From assembly GCA_049719955.1 (NCBI GenBank), contig JBNARC010000005.1:3976-67975 (forward strand): a stretch of DNA of 64,000 nt. The letters run 5' to 3'. Of the stretch, positions 7,908-18,561 are shown in pieces. The first letter of the stretch is position 1, and each line of letters begins with the position of its first letter. Under the pieces are notes generated by a model, which ran no database searches, was not told where the DNA came from, and worked only from the letters and a program-made list of their open reading frames with translations. Source of the DNA: Moorellales bacterium (lineage in GTDB: Bacteria > Bacillota > DSM-521 > Neomoorellales > SLTJ01). Made by a program: the position numbers and the translations under genes.

Positions 7908-9084
7908 GGCGGCGGCCTACGGCGAGGACCTGGACCTCAGCCGCTTTCGGGTTCCGGTTCCGGAGGAGAAGACAGCGCTCGACCCGGCGGAGCTGCCGGC
8001 AAAAGACCGCGAGCGTCTCCTGGCGGCAGGAATTGACCTGGGGGGAGAGGATCGCTCCGGGACCTTCCTGCAGGTAAACCATTCGGTGCGGTGTTGCGGC
8101 GTGGCTCAAGAAGGGCTGGAGGTGCTCAGCACTTTCGAGGCCCTCGACAAATATCCCTGGGTGGAAGATTATTGGTGGCGTTTAGTGGCGCCGGACCAGG
8201 ACAAGTATACGGCTCAGGTAGCGATGGCCGAGCACCGAAACGGCTATTTCATCCGGGCTTTACCCGGCTCCAGTACTGTCTATCCGCTGCAGGCCTGTCT
8301 CTACCTCCAGGAAGATGGGACCGTCCAAAACGTGCACAACATCGTAATTGTGGAAGAAGGCGCCGAGCTACACCTGATTAGCGGCTGTGCCAGCGCCGCC
8401 CAGGTGAAGCGGGGCCTCCACATCGGGGTTTCCGAGTTTTACGTGAAGAAGGGCGGCCGGCTCACCTTCACCATGATTCACTACTGGGGTGAAGAGGTGG
8501 CGGTTCGTCCGCGCTCGGCGGCGGTGGTGGCCGAGGGCGGGCTTTTCGTTTCTAATTACATCTGCCTGCGACCGGTGCGCAGCCTTCAGATGTACCCCAC
8601 GGCTTGGCTGCAGGGACCGGAGGCGGTGGCCCGCTACTACAGTATTCTGGTGGCTCCCCCCGGAACCTTCATGGACGTTGGGTCGCAGGTAGTACTTCAG
8701 GCTCCCCAAACGCGGGCGGAAGTGGTGGCTCGCACCTTGACCGTAGGGGGCGAAATTATTAACCGGGGTCGTTTGGTTGCCGAAGCTCCGGAAGTGAAGG
8801 CGCACCTGGAGTGCCGGGGTTTGGTGCTGGGCGAGAGAGGCGTCATACACGCCATTCCCGAGCTGCTAACCAAGGTGGGCAACGTGGACCTATCCCACGA
8901 GGCGGCGGTGGGGAAAATCGCCCAAGAGGAAATAGAATATCTTATGGCTCGCGGGCTCAGCGAAGAAGAGGCCACTGCTACCATTGTGCGCGGTTTCCTT
9001 AACGTGCAGATTACCGGCCTGCCGGACGCCTTGCAGGCCGAGATCGACCGGGCGGTAGCCATGGGAGAAAAGGCCTTGTTCTGA
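7852..9084 (+). CDS. SufB/SufD-family Fe-S cluster assembly scaffold protein
   Basis: About 410 aa with the SufBD beta-helix region (IVIVEEGAELHLISGC...FYVKKGGRLTFTMIHYWG...) and C-terminal HEAAVGKIAQEEIEYLMARGLSEEEATATIVRGF. ATG 7852 is preceded by AGGAGG (7835-7840); the ORF track opens at 7726. Confidence 0.75.
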   Translation: MSTSRRQEILARARAAVDKAAAYGEDLDLSRFRVPVPEEKTALDPAELPAKDRERLLAAGIDLGGEDRSGTFLQVNHSVRCCGVAQEGLEVLSTFEALDKYPWVEDYWWRLVAPDQDKYTAQVAMAEHRNGYFIRALPGSSTVYPLQACLYLQEDGTVQNVHNIVIVEEGAELHLISGCASAAQVKRGLHIGVSEFYVKKGGRLTFTMIHYWGEEVAVRPRSAAVVAEGGLFVSNYICLRPVRSLQMYPTAWLQGPEAVARYYSILVAPPGTFMDVGSQVVLQAPQTRAEVVARTLTVGGEIINRGRLVAEAPEVKAHLECRGLVLGERGVIHAIPELLTKVGNVDLSHEAAVGKIAQEEIEYLMARGLSEEEATATIVRGFLNVQITGLPDALQAEIDRAVAMGEKALF

Positions 9085-9151
9085 GCCACATTTGCCAGTG
9101 CGTACGGGTATCAAGAAGGGGAGTAACCGGGTAAGGAAGGGGTTCAGTCGG

Positions 9152-10561
9152 ATGCGGTCCCGTGGTGAAGCTCTTCGGCCGCCCTCGTTAGTGGTGCCGG
9201 TTACCGCCCTGGCCGCTTTCCTGTCTCCTTTCATGGGCAGCGCCTTCAACCTGGCGGTAGCGGCTCTAGGGGCAGAATTTGGTGCCGGAGCGAAGCAACT
9301 AGGGTGGGTGGTGACGGTCTACCTGTTGGCCACGGCCGCCTGCCTTCTACCTTGGGGGCGGGTAGCGGATTTGCGCGGACGGGAGAAGGTATTCCTTTGG
9401 GGCATAGCCCTGTTCGATGTTTCTTTGCTGGCTTGTGCCTTGGCCCCGAACCTCGGCTTCTTGGTGGCCGCCCGGCTGGTTTGCGGCGTGGCCGCGGCCA
9501 TGGTATTCGGCACCATGACCGCCATCTTGGTAGCCTACTCTCCACCGGGAGAGCGGGGGAAAAGGCTGGGCGTGAATACGGCTTTCGTTTACGCGGGCCT
9601 TTCCGCCGGTCCTTTTGTGGGAGGGGTTATTACTCAGCACCTGGGTTGGCGTTGGATATTTGGCGCCAGTTTCTTGCTAGGCATTATTACCCTAATATTG
9701 GGTATCGTCGGTTTGGGAGCCGAGGCACGAAAGGAAGCGGATTCAAAGGTCGAATACGATCTGCCCGGTGTCCTGCTCTCCGTGGTGGGTATCTCCGCGC
9801 TGCTGTATGCTACCTCCGGTTCCACTCTGCCGGCAGAAGTGAATCACTATCTGTCGCTGTTCGGGGGAGTGGCGGTGGCGGGGTTCCTGTGGTGGGAGAC
9901 CCGCTCGAATAATCCTCTCCTAGATGTACGGTTATTTACCACCAACTGGGGTTTCGCCCTGTCTAACCTGGCTGCCCTTATCAGCTACAGCGGCAGCTTT
10001 GCCACCAGCTACGTCATATCCCTATACCTGCAGGTCGCGCGGGGTCTTTCCCCTCAGGCGGCCGGCATAGTGCTTTTGGGCCAGCCGGTAGTTCAGACTC
10101 TGGTATCTCCCCTTGCCGGACGACTTTCCGATCGTCTGGAACCCCGGGTGGTGGCCTCGGTGGGGATGACGCTTACCGCCGTTGCTCTAGGGCTTATGGC
10201 GTTACTGCCCGCTAACGGTGAATTCTGGCGCCTGATCTTGTGCTTGTGCTTGTTGGGGCTGGGTTTTGGTATCTTTTCTTCTCCCAATGTAAATGCCATC
10301 ATGAGTTCGGCTCCCAGAACCCATTACGGCAGTGCCTCATCTATACTGGCACTTATGCGGCTTTTGGGTCAGACCTTGAGCATGGCCCTGGCCGGGATCG
10401 TTCTGGCCTATTATCTGGGTAACCAGCCTTTGAACCCGGCGTCGGCCGAAAACTTGATCCGGGGAGTGAAGGGCACTCTGGTCGTTTTCTGCCTCTTGTC
10501 AGCCACCGGTATACCCGCTTCCCTAGCTCGCGGTAGAATCCACGCAGAACATTCGGCCTAA
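9152..10561 (+). CDS. MFS transporter (14-TMS DHA2/EmrB-like drug:H+ antiporter type)
   Basis: The ORF is polytopic. It carries the MFS motif WGRVADLRGREKV and many TM segments. The start is provisional (ATG 9152 versus the ORF opening at 9092). Confidence 0.7.
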   Translation: MRSRGEALRPPSLVVPVTALAAFLSPFMGSAFNLAVAALGAEFGAGAKQLGWVVTVYLLATAACLLPWGRVADLRGREKVFLWGIALFDVSLLACALAPNLGFLVAARLVCGVAAAMVFGTMTAILVAYSPPGERGKRLGVNTAFVYAGLSAGPFVGGVITQHLGWRWIFGASFLLGIITLILGIVGLGAEARKEADSKVEYDLPGVLLSVVGISALLYATSGSTLPAEVNHYLSLFGGVAVAGFLWWETRSNNPLLDVRLFTTNWGFALSNLAALISYSGSFATSYVISLYLQVARGLSPQAAGIVLLGQPVVQTLVSPLAGRLSDRLEPRVVASVGMTLTAVALGLMALLPANGEFWRLILCLCLLGLGFGIFSSPNVNAIMSSAPRTHYGSASSILALMRLLGQTLSMALAGIVLAYYLGNQPLNPASAENLIRGVKGTLVVFCLLSATGIPASLARGRIHAEHSA

Positions 10562-10632
10562 TAACTTATTTTGGACCGTTTACCGCCGGGATTGGCTGGT
10601 TTGTCGAAGTCGGCCGCCGGGGGTGAAGGTGG

Positions 10633-11367
10633 GTGTGGAGGGTAAGTGTGGTCCACGCGGACGGCTCACTTCGTTGGCAGTCTCGGTTGCAGCAGGTAGC
10701 GGCAAAAAGCCTCGACATTGGCTCTTCGACCACCAGGTTCCTGACTTCGCATGAGGCTTTTGTGAAGCTGGGATGGCAGTTGGCCCGGCTTCCGACCGGT
10801 ATAGTCTTCTTGGGAAGTGGCGGTCTTCACCACCTGTCCTACCATTTGATACTCCGTCAGGCCAACAGGCCTTTGACGGTGTTGGTCTTCGATCGTCACG
10901 GCGACTATCTTCCGGCACCGCCCGGTTACATCAGTTGTGGCTCCTGGCTTCTGGAGTTGCTGAAGCAACCGCGAGTGATAGAGATCTGGCTGGTTGGTTC
11001 CGAGTCTACGCTTCGGCCTCCTGAAAGGCTACGGTTGATGTCTTCCAGGCAATTGGACAGCGCTTTGCGGGACCGGGGACTAAAGCGCAGGCGGGTATAT
11101 GTTTCCATAGATAAAGACGTGCTACGGGAGGCGGACACCGACTGGGGTTCGGGAAGACTGAGACTGGAATGGTTATTGAGGTGGCTAGGGCGGTTACAGG
11201 ATTGCTGCCGATTGGTTGGGGTGGATGTTTGCGGCGAGACAGTACCTCGCGGGCCCTGGCCCAGTGACGCCGAACTTCAGGCCATTAGGCGTAGCGAAGA
11301 GATAAACCTGGCCTTGTGCGAGGCGGTGTTGAAACGTTCGCTGGTCCGTACATTGCGGGCCTCCTAG
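10633..11367 (+). CDS. Divergent arginase/ureohydrolase-fold protein (function unknown)
   Basis: Motif positions parallel the SpeB in this window: GSGGLHH (vs GGEH), VFDRHGD (vs WDAHAD), VSIDKDVL (vs LDIDVVD) and GVDVCGE (vs DLVEVNP). Confidence 0.45.
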   Translation: MWRVSVVHADGSLRWQSRLQQVAAKSLDIGSSTTRFLTSHEAFVKLGWQLARLPTGIVFLGSGGLHHLSYHLILRQANRPLTVLVFDRHGDYLPAPPGYISCGSWLLELLKQPRVIEIWLVGSESTLRPPERLRLMSSRQLDSALRDRGLKRRRVYVSIDKDVLREADTDWGSGRLRLEWLLRWLGRLQDCCRLVGVDVCGETVPRGPWPSDAELQAIRRSEEINLALCEAVLKRSLVRTLRAS

Positions 11368-11405
11368 TGACCACCAGGTAGCGTTGGGTTAGGCCGAGCC
11401 TACGG

Positions 11406-11450
11406 TTCGCGGTTTCGGGTAGTAGTGCCTGAAACCGCGAAACGGTTTCT
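11406..11450 (+). terminator. Strong hairpin and possible terminator downstream of the arginase-fold ORF
   Basis: Perfect 11-bp stem TTCGCGGTTTC / GAAACCGCGAA with a 14-nt loop, followed by a weak T tract (ACGGTTTCTT). Confidence 0.35.
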
Positions 11451-11505
11451 TGGCCGGAACCGGTCCGACCGGGGGAGCATACTTTGGTGGTAGGAGGTGG
11501 TGTAG

Positions 11506-11721
11506 ATGGCAACAACAGGAACAACCGGGGTACAACTGCCGGACCGCACCGGGCCGGTGTCGGAGAAGCGTCTGGCCGGGGTCGGGGGATTGGCCCGGGC
11601 TTATATACCCTTCCAAGAGTATACTCGTCGCCATTCACCCGAGGAGGGCTTGAGAAAAGGAACCATTTTCCCCGAGCTCTATCAGCCGTACCGGGTGGGT
11701 AGGAACAGGGAGGGGCACTGA
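11506..11721 (+). CDS. cotJA: Spore coat-associated protein CotJA
   Basis: AYIPFQEYTRRHSPEEGLRKGTIFPELYQPY matches the CotJA signature. It is the first gene of a cotJABC triplet. A CATACTTT element (11478-11485) lies upstream. Confidence 0.8.
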   Translation: MATTGTTGVQLPDRTGPVSEKRLAGVGGLARAYIPFQEYTRRHSPEEGLRKGTIFPELYQPYRVGRNREGH

Positions 11722-11723
11722 CC

Positions 11724-11981
11724 GTGGAGGCTCACCGGAAAGAGTTATTGGAAAAAATTATGGCTCTGGAATTCACCGCTTTGGAGTTTAACCTGTACTT
11801 GGACACCCACCCGGAGGACGAAAGGGCGTTGGCGGATTTTAACCAAGTGGCACATGAGTTGGCCGCGCTCAAACAACATTACGAGCACCGTTACGGGCCG
11901 CTCATTAACTTCGGTTGGGGTTCCAGCCATGAGCGTTGGCGTTGGCCCGATGAACCCTGGCCGTGGGAGATCAGTTTTTAG
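11724..11981 (+). CDS. cotJB: Spore coat protein CotJB
   Basis: LLEKIMALEFTALEFNLYLDTHPEDERALADFN...YEHRYGPL...WPW. Typical CotJB with a GTG start. Confidence 0.85.
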   Translation: MEAHRKELLEKIMALEFTALEFNLYLDTHPEDERALADFNQVAHELAALKQHYEHRYGPLINFGWGSSHERWRWPDEPWPWEISF

Positions 11982-11993
11982 GGGGCGGATACC

Positions 11994-12566
11994 ATGTGGC
12001 TCTACGAAAAAAAACTTCAGTACCCCATAAGGGTGCGTCAGTCTAATCCCCGTCTGGCCAAGTGTATCATAACGCAGTACGGCGGGCCGGACGGTGAGCT
12101 AGGGGCCTCGCTGCGCTATCTAACTCAGCGCTATACCATGCCCATTCCTCAGGCCAAGGCGGTTTTGACCGATATCGGTACCGAAGAGTTGGCGCATATG
12201 GAGATAGTGGCGGCGCTGGTATATAACCTTATCAAGGACGCCCGCCTGGAGGACATCAAACGGGCGGGCCTGGACGGGTACTACGCCGACCACGATCGGG
12301 CCGTATTTTTTGTGAACGGCGACGGCGTGCCCTGGACGGCGGCCTACATTCAGGCCAAAGGAGACCCTATTACCGATATGCACGAAAACCTTGCCGCCGA
12401 GCAAAAGGCCCGCTCTACCTACGAGTGGCTGATAAACCTTTCGGATGATCCAGACGTCACCGATGTGCTTCGGTTCTTGAGAGAACGGGAGATCGTTCAT
12501 TATCAGCGGTTTGGCGAAACCCTGCAGCTTCTATACGAATACTTCGATTCCAAAAAGTACTATTAG
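11994..12566 (+). CDS. cotJC: Spore coat protein CotJC (manganese catalase family)
   Basis: MWLYEKKLQYPIRV...GGPDGELGASLRYLTQRY...GTEELAHMEIV...LRFLREREIVHYQRF. Confidence 0.9.
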   Translation: MWLYEKKLQYPIRVRQSNPRLAKCIITQYGGPDGELGASLRYLTQRYTMPIPQAKAVLTDIGTEELAHMEIVAALVYNLIKDARLEDIKRAGLDGYYADHDRAVFFVNGDGVPWTAAYIQAKGDPITDMHENLAAEQKARSTYEWLINLSDDPDVTDVLRFLREREIVHYQRFGETLQLLYEYFDSKKYY

Positions 12567-12587
12567 CCGGCGACGGGCGATCAAGGG

Positions 12588-12620
12588 GGCAGCCGGGTGC
12601 GAATACCGGTTGCCTCTTTT
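12588..12620 (+). terminator. Rho-independent terminator after cotJC
   Basis: 9-bp stem GGCAGCCGG / CCGGTTGCC (one G-T pair), 9-nt loop, then TCTTTT. Confidence 0.55.
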
Positions 12621-12755
12621 CGGTTAGGCTTTGGTCCCCAACGAAGCCTACTGGAGGCGGTATTGCCGGGGGTAGAGGAAGGAATTCGGGGTTGAGAGAA
12701 GAACTATGGGTAGCAAGCCCGCTATCCAACCATCGCGAAGAGGAGGCAGAAGAAC

Positions 12756-13688
12756 ATGTCGCCGGGCAGTGCCACCTTGGTAATCGAAGACCGTCAAGAT
12801 AGACTTTACCTGATCGATCTTCCCCACCTTATGGCCGGCTTTAATCCCTTTCTGGCTGCCTGGCTCTTGTTGACCCCGGAGGCTAATTACTTAGTGGATC
12901 CGGGGCCGCCGGTGCATGCCCCTCACCTGCTCCGCGCCTTGGAAGACCTGGGTCTGGAGCGATTGGATTACATACTGCTAACCCATATTCACCTCGACCA
13001 CGCCGGGGCCACTGCCCGGGTGCTGGAACGGTTTCCCCAAGCTCGAGTGTTCGCCCACTCGCTGGGGCGGCCTCATCTGACTTCGCCTCGAGCCTTGTGG
13101 GAGGCCAGCCAGGACGTCATGGGTCAACTGGCCACCTACTACGGCCCTCCGCCTCCCGTGCCGGCTTCAAGCCTGGCGGAAACGGTCCCGGGGATTGAAG
13201 TAATCGAAACCCCGGGTCATGCCCCGCACCACCTGTGTTTCCGCCGCGGCCGGGTTCTATTCGTAGGGGAGGCCGCCGGAGTTTACCAGGCGCTAAACGG
13301 CTTTTACCTCCGCCCGGCTACCCCGCGACGCTTTTTCTTTGAAATCGCCATCGGCTCCTTGGACAAGCTTTTAGCGTTAGAGCTAGAAGGGGTTATGCTT
13401 TGCCACGGACATTACGGGCCTAACCCCCGGGCCCGAAAAACGCTTTCCCTTCATCGCGACCAGCTCTACCTATGGCGGGAGGTAGCCGCCGACTACCTTC
13501 CCCGCGTAGGGGACGAGAAGACTTGGTACGAAACTACGCGGGCAGAACTGCTGAAGCGCGATCCTCTACTGCAAAACTATTTCAAGCTGCCGCCAGACGT
13601 GCAGCGGCGGGAGCAGTATTTTCTGGATAACAGCCTGGAAGGCTACCGGGAGTATCTGCTTTCGGACAAACGCGCAAGCGTTCAATAG
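12756..13688 (+). CDS. MBL-fold metallo-hydrolase
   Basis: LLTHIHLDHAG (HxHxDH motif) with later GHAPHH and CHGH. Confidence 0.75.
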   Translation: MSPGSATLVIEDRQDRLYLIDLPHLMAGFNPFLAAWLLLTPEANYLVDPGPPVHAPHLLRALEDLGLERLDYILLTHIHLDHAGATARVLERFPQARVFAHSLGRPHLTSPRALWEASQDVMGQLATYYGPPPPVPASSLAETVPGIEVIETPGHAPHHLCFRRGRVLFVGEAAGVYQALNGFYLRPATPRRFFFEIAIGSLDKLLALELEGVMLCHGHYGPNPRARKTLSLHRDQLYLWREVAADYLPRVGDEKTWYETTRAELLKRDPLLQNYFKLPPDVQRREQYFLDNSLEGYREYLLSDKRASVQ

Positions 13689-13744
13689 CGCCGGGTGCGG
13701 GGTTGGGCCTAGAAGTTTAATCGCCGCCTGGCCGCCCTCTTCGG

Positions 13745-13773
13745 TTGACAACGGGCAGGGGTTGTGGTACATT
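13745..13773 (+). promoter_or_regulatory. Sigma-A-type promoter for csp with a long (~135 nt) leader
   Basis: TTGACA (13745-13750), 17-nt spacer, TGgTACATT (13765-13773). Confidence 0.45.
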
Positions 13774-13913
13774 TGAGTTGCTTGTGAGTAGGCACCAACC
13801 TAAAGGTAAGGTGTTGGCCGGCGGGCGCCGGCACCAGGGCCGGGCAGCGCCGGCCGATTTCCTTCCCGGGTGGCCGAAATCACAGGGAAACTTTTTTAGG
13901 AGGAATGCTTTTG

Positions 13914-14117
13914 ATGCACGGTCGGGTCAAGTGGTTTAACCAGGAGAAGGGTTACGGTTTCATCGAGCGGGACGATGGCGGAGACGTTTTCGTCCACTAT
14001 TCGGCCATCCAGGAGGAAGGGTTCAGGACCCTTTCCGAAGGTCAGGAAGTAGAGTTTGATATCGTCCAGGGGCCGCGGGGTCCGCAGGCCGCCAACGTGG
14101 TAAAGCTTAGGGGCTAG
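13914..14117 (+). CDS. csp: Cold-shock protein (CspA family)
   Basis: [30 protein letters not shown] carries RNP1 and RNP2. ATG 13914 lies 10 nt after AGGAGG (13898-13903); the ORF track opens at 13905. Confidence 0.9.
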   Translation: MHGRVKWFNQEKGYGFIERDDGGDVFVHYSAIQEEGFRTLSEGQEVEFDIVQGPRGPQAANVVKLRG

Positions 14118-14132
14118 CAAACGAACAAACCG

Positions 14133-14158
14133 GCCCCCGGCCTCGGCCGGGGGCTTTT
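14133..14158 (+). terminator. Rho-independent terminator after csp
   Basis: GCCCCCGGC-CTCG-GCCGGGGGC followed by TTTT. Confidence 0.75.
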
Positions 14159-14226
14159 GATTCCCAGTGTTCACGGAAGGAGTTTTCAAATCTTGCGGGA
14201 ATAATTACATCTAGGGGGGAGTAGCC

Positions 14227-14775
14227 TTGAGGCTTGAAATCCGGACCAAGAACGTAGAACTTACCGAGGCATTGCGGCGCTATGTGGAAAAGCGCCTGGC
14301 CCGATTGGCCCGCTACCTGGACGGTATCGAGGATATTCAGGTAAGGTTACGGCTGGAAAGAAGCAGGCATGTGGTTGAGGTTACCATACCCCTGGATGGC
14401 CTGGTTTTGCGGGCCGAGGAACAAACCGGGGACATGTACGCCTCCATCGACTTGGTGACGGAGAAATTGGAAAGACAGATAGCTAAGTATAAGACCCGCC
14501 TCAACCGACGCCTACGGACCGGAGCGGCGAGGGAGGTGACGGAAGCAGTACCGGCCGAAGGATCGGAAGAAACAGGACCGGAAGCGACGGCAGAGGCGAC
14601 CATCGCGCGGGTTAAGCGTTTCCCCATAAAGCCGATGTCAATAGATGAAGCGATACTGCAGATGGATCTATTGGGCCACAACTTCTTTGTATTTGCCAAC
14701 TCCCGTACCGACAGAATCAACGTGGTTTACCGCCGCCGCGACGGTCGGTACGGTCTGATTGAGCCGGAAGAATAG
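14227..14775 (+). CDS. hpf: Ribosome hibernation-promoting factor, long form
   Basis: MRLEIRTKNVELTEALRRYVEKRL...LERQIAKYK, plus a C-terminal dimerisation domain KRFPIKPMSIDEAILQMDLLGHNFFVF...VVYRRRDGRYGLIEP. Confidence 0.9.
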   Translation: MRLEIRTKNVELTEALRRYVEKRLARLARYLDGIEDIQVRLRLERSRHVVEVTIPLDGLVLRAEEQTGDMYASIDLVTEKLERQIAKYKTRLNRRLRTGAAREVTEAVPAEGSEETGPEATAEATIARVKRFPIKPMSIDEAILQMDLLGHNFFVFANSRTDRINVVYRRRDGRYGLIEPEE

Positions 14776-14799
14776 ACCCTGGGGGGAGCGTTAGGGCCT

Positions 14800-15453
14800 T
14801 TGGAGAAGAAGGGTTACCCGGAGCTAGAGGAGGTCATACGCCGGGTACGGGGGGTAGCGTCGGTTCGCGTATTCCGGGATGAGGAAGGGAACGTCAGCGA
14901 AATTCACGTGGTAGCGGACCCCAGGCGCAACCCAAAGCAACTGGTGCGGGACATAGAGAGCGCGGTAGCGGTAGCCATGGGTATCCAGCTTGACCACAAG
15001 AAGATAAGCGTGGTGCAGTTTGAATCCGGCTCTCGGGTAGAAGAGGCCCGGCCCGAGTATCCGCCGTCCGGGCCCGTCGAGCCCTTGCCCGTCCTGACCG
15101 GGCTAAGCTATCACCTTCAGGGCCAGCAGGTGCGGGTGGAGGTGCAACTGGAGCTGGGAGGCGAGGTTTACTCGGGTTCCGCCAGTAGTGAATCGCAGTT
15201 GCTCAGTCCCGGTGCGCTTGCCGCCGAGGCGGTACTCAAGGCCCTGGAGACGCGGTGGGGCCCCCGGGCGGCCGTCAGGTTGGGGGATGCGGTGAAGCTT
15301 CGGGTAGCCTATAGGGATGCCTGGGTGGTGGTGGTGGAAACCGTCGAGGGGCCCCAGATCGGCGCCGCCCTAGTGATGCGGGAGGATCTGGAGGCGGCGG
15401 CCGAGGCCACCTTGGCCGCGCTGGCGCCAAGGCCCCGGCGGCGTCCGGCCTAA
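14800..15453 (+). CDS. Hypothetical protein (two-domain, no recognised family)
   Basis: 217-aa ORF with an SD (GGGGGGAG) and coding-like composition. N-terminal part: VRGVASVRVFRDEEGNVSEIHVVADPRRNPKQLVRDIESAV. It sits between hpf and secA. Confidence 0.5.
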   Translation: MEKKGYPELEEVIRRVRGVASVRVFRDEEGNVSEIHVVADPRRNPKQLVRDIESAVAVAMGIQLDHKKISVVQFESGSRVEEARPEYPPSGPVEPLPVLTGLSYHLQGQQVRVEVQLELGGEVYSGSASSESQLLSPGALAAEAVLKALETRWGPRAAVRLGDAVKLRVAYRDAWVVVVETVEGPQIGAALVMREDLEAAAEATLAALAPRPRRRPA

Positions 15454-15464
15454 CAGGCGGCATA

Positions 15465-15737
15465 CTGAGTTATCCCCATTCGAGTGAACTTGAGTTGACT
15501 GGCGGTACCGGGTGCTCGCCTGAGTACATTGGCAACTCGCCGGGCACCGAACTTGGCGAGGACGAGCGCGCCAGGCGCTCGCGAGGCCACGGACGGCCGG
15601 AGCCGAGGAGCGCCATGGACGGCGCTTCCGAGGGGAGCCCGCCGTAGCGCGAAGGCTGAGCCCTAGTTTGGTCGGCGAGGTGACAGTACGAACGGGGAGC
15701 ACCCGGTACCGCCCGTGGGAAAGTGGGAATACGTCAG
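15465..15737 (+). repeat. Full-length copy (B) of the ~270-nt hairpin-forming dispersed intergenic repeat
   Basis: Perfect 17-bp terminal inverted repeat GGCGGTACCGGGTGCTC (15501-15517) / GAGCACCCGGTACCGCC (15697-15713). An outer imperfect stem CTGAGTTATCCCCA / TGGGAATACGTCAG is present. Central hairpins are GGCC-ACGGAC-GGCC and GGAGCGCC-ATGGAC-GGCGCTTCC. It is homologous to 43025-43285, 1231-1424 and 29173-29248. Confidence 0.85.
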
Positions 15738-15747
15738 GGCCATAAGG

Positions 15748-15777
15748 TTGCAACTTCTCGTCTGCGAGTGCTAGAAT
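15748..15777 (+). promoter_or_regulatory. Sigma-A promoter with extended -10 for secA
   Basis: TTGCAA (15748-15753), 18-nt spacer, TGcTAGAAT (15769-15777). Confidence 0.5.
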
Positions 15778-15849
15778 AGGAGGCAGAGTGGAAAAGAGGA
15801 ACCGCCACGGTTCCTCTTGGCGCCTTATACGGGAAGGCGGTGGGTTTAG

Positions 15850-18504
<2,655 letters not shown>

Positions 18505-18561
18505 AACACCCTTTCGTAGCGGGAGCGCGGCCGGGCGATCTTATGGAGGTGAAGTCAAGCC

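Noticed and set aside
15465-15737. Identification of the repeat as the raiA-motif RNA, because hpf (raiA) lies nearby.
   Set aside because: The element is multi-copy and is also found next to unrelated genes (pth, pstS, feo). It lies downstream of a separate ORF and not in the hpf leader. I see no basis for equating them.
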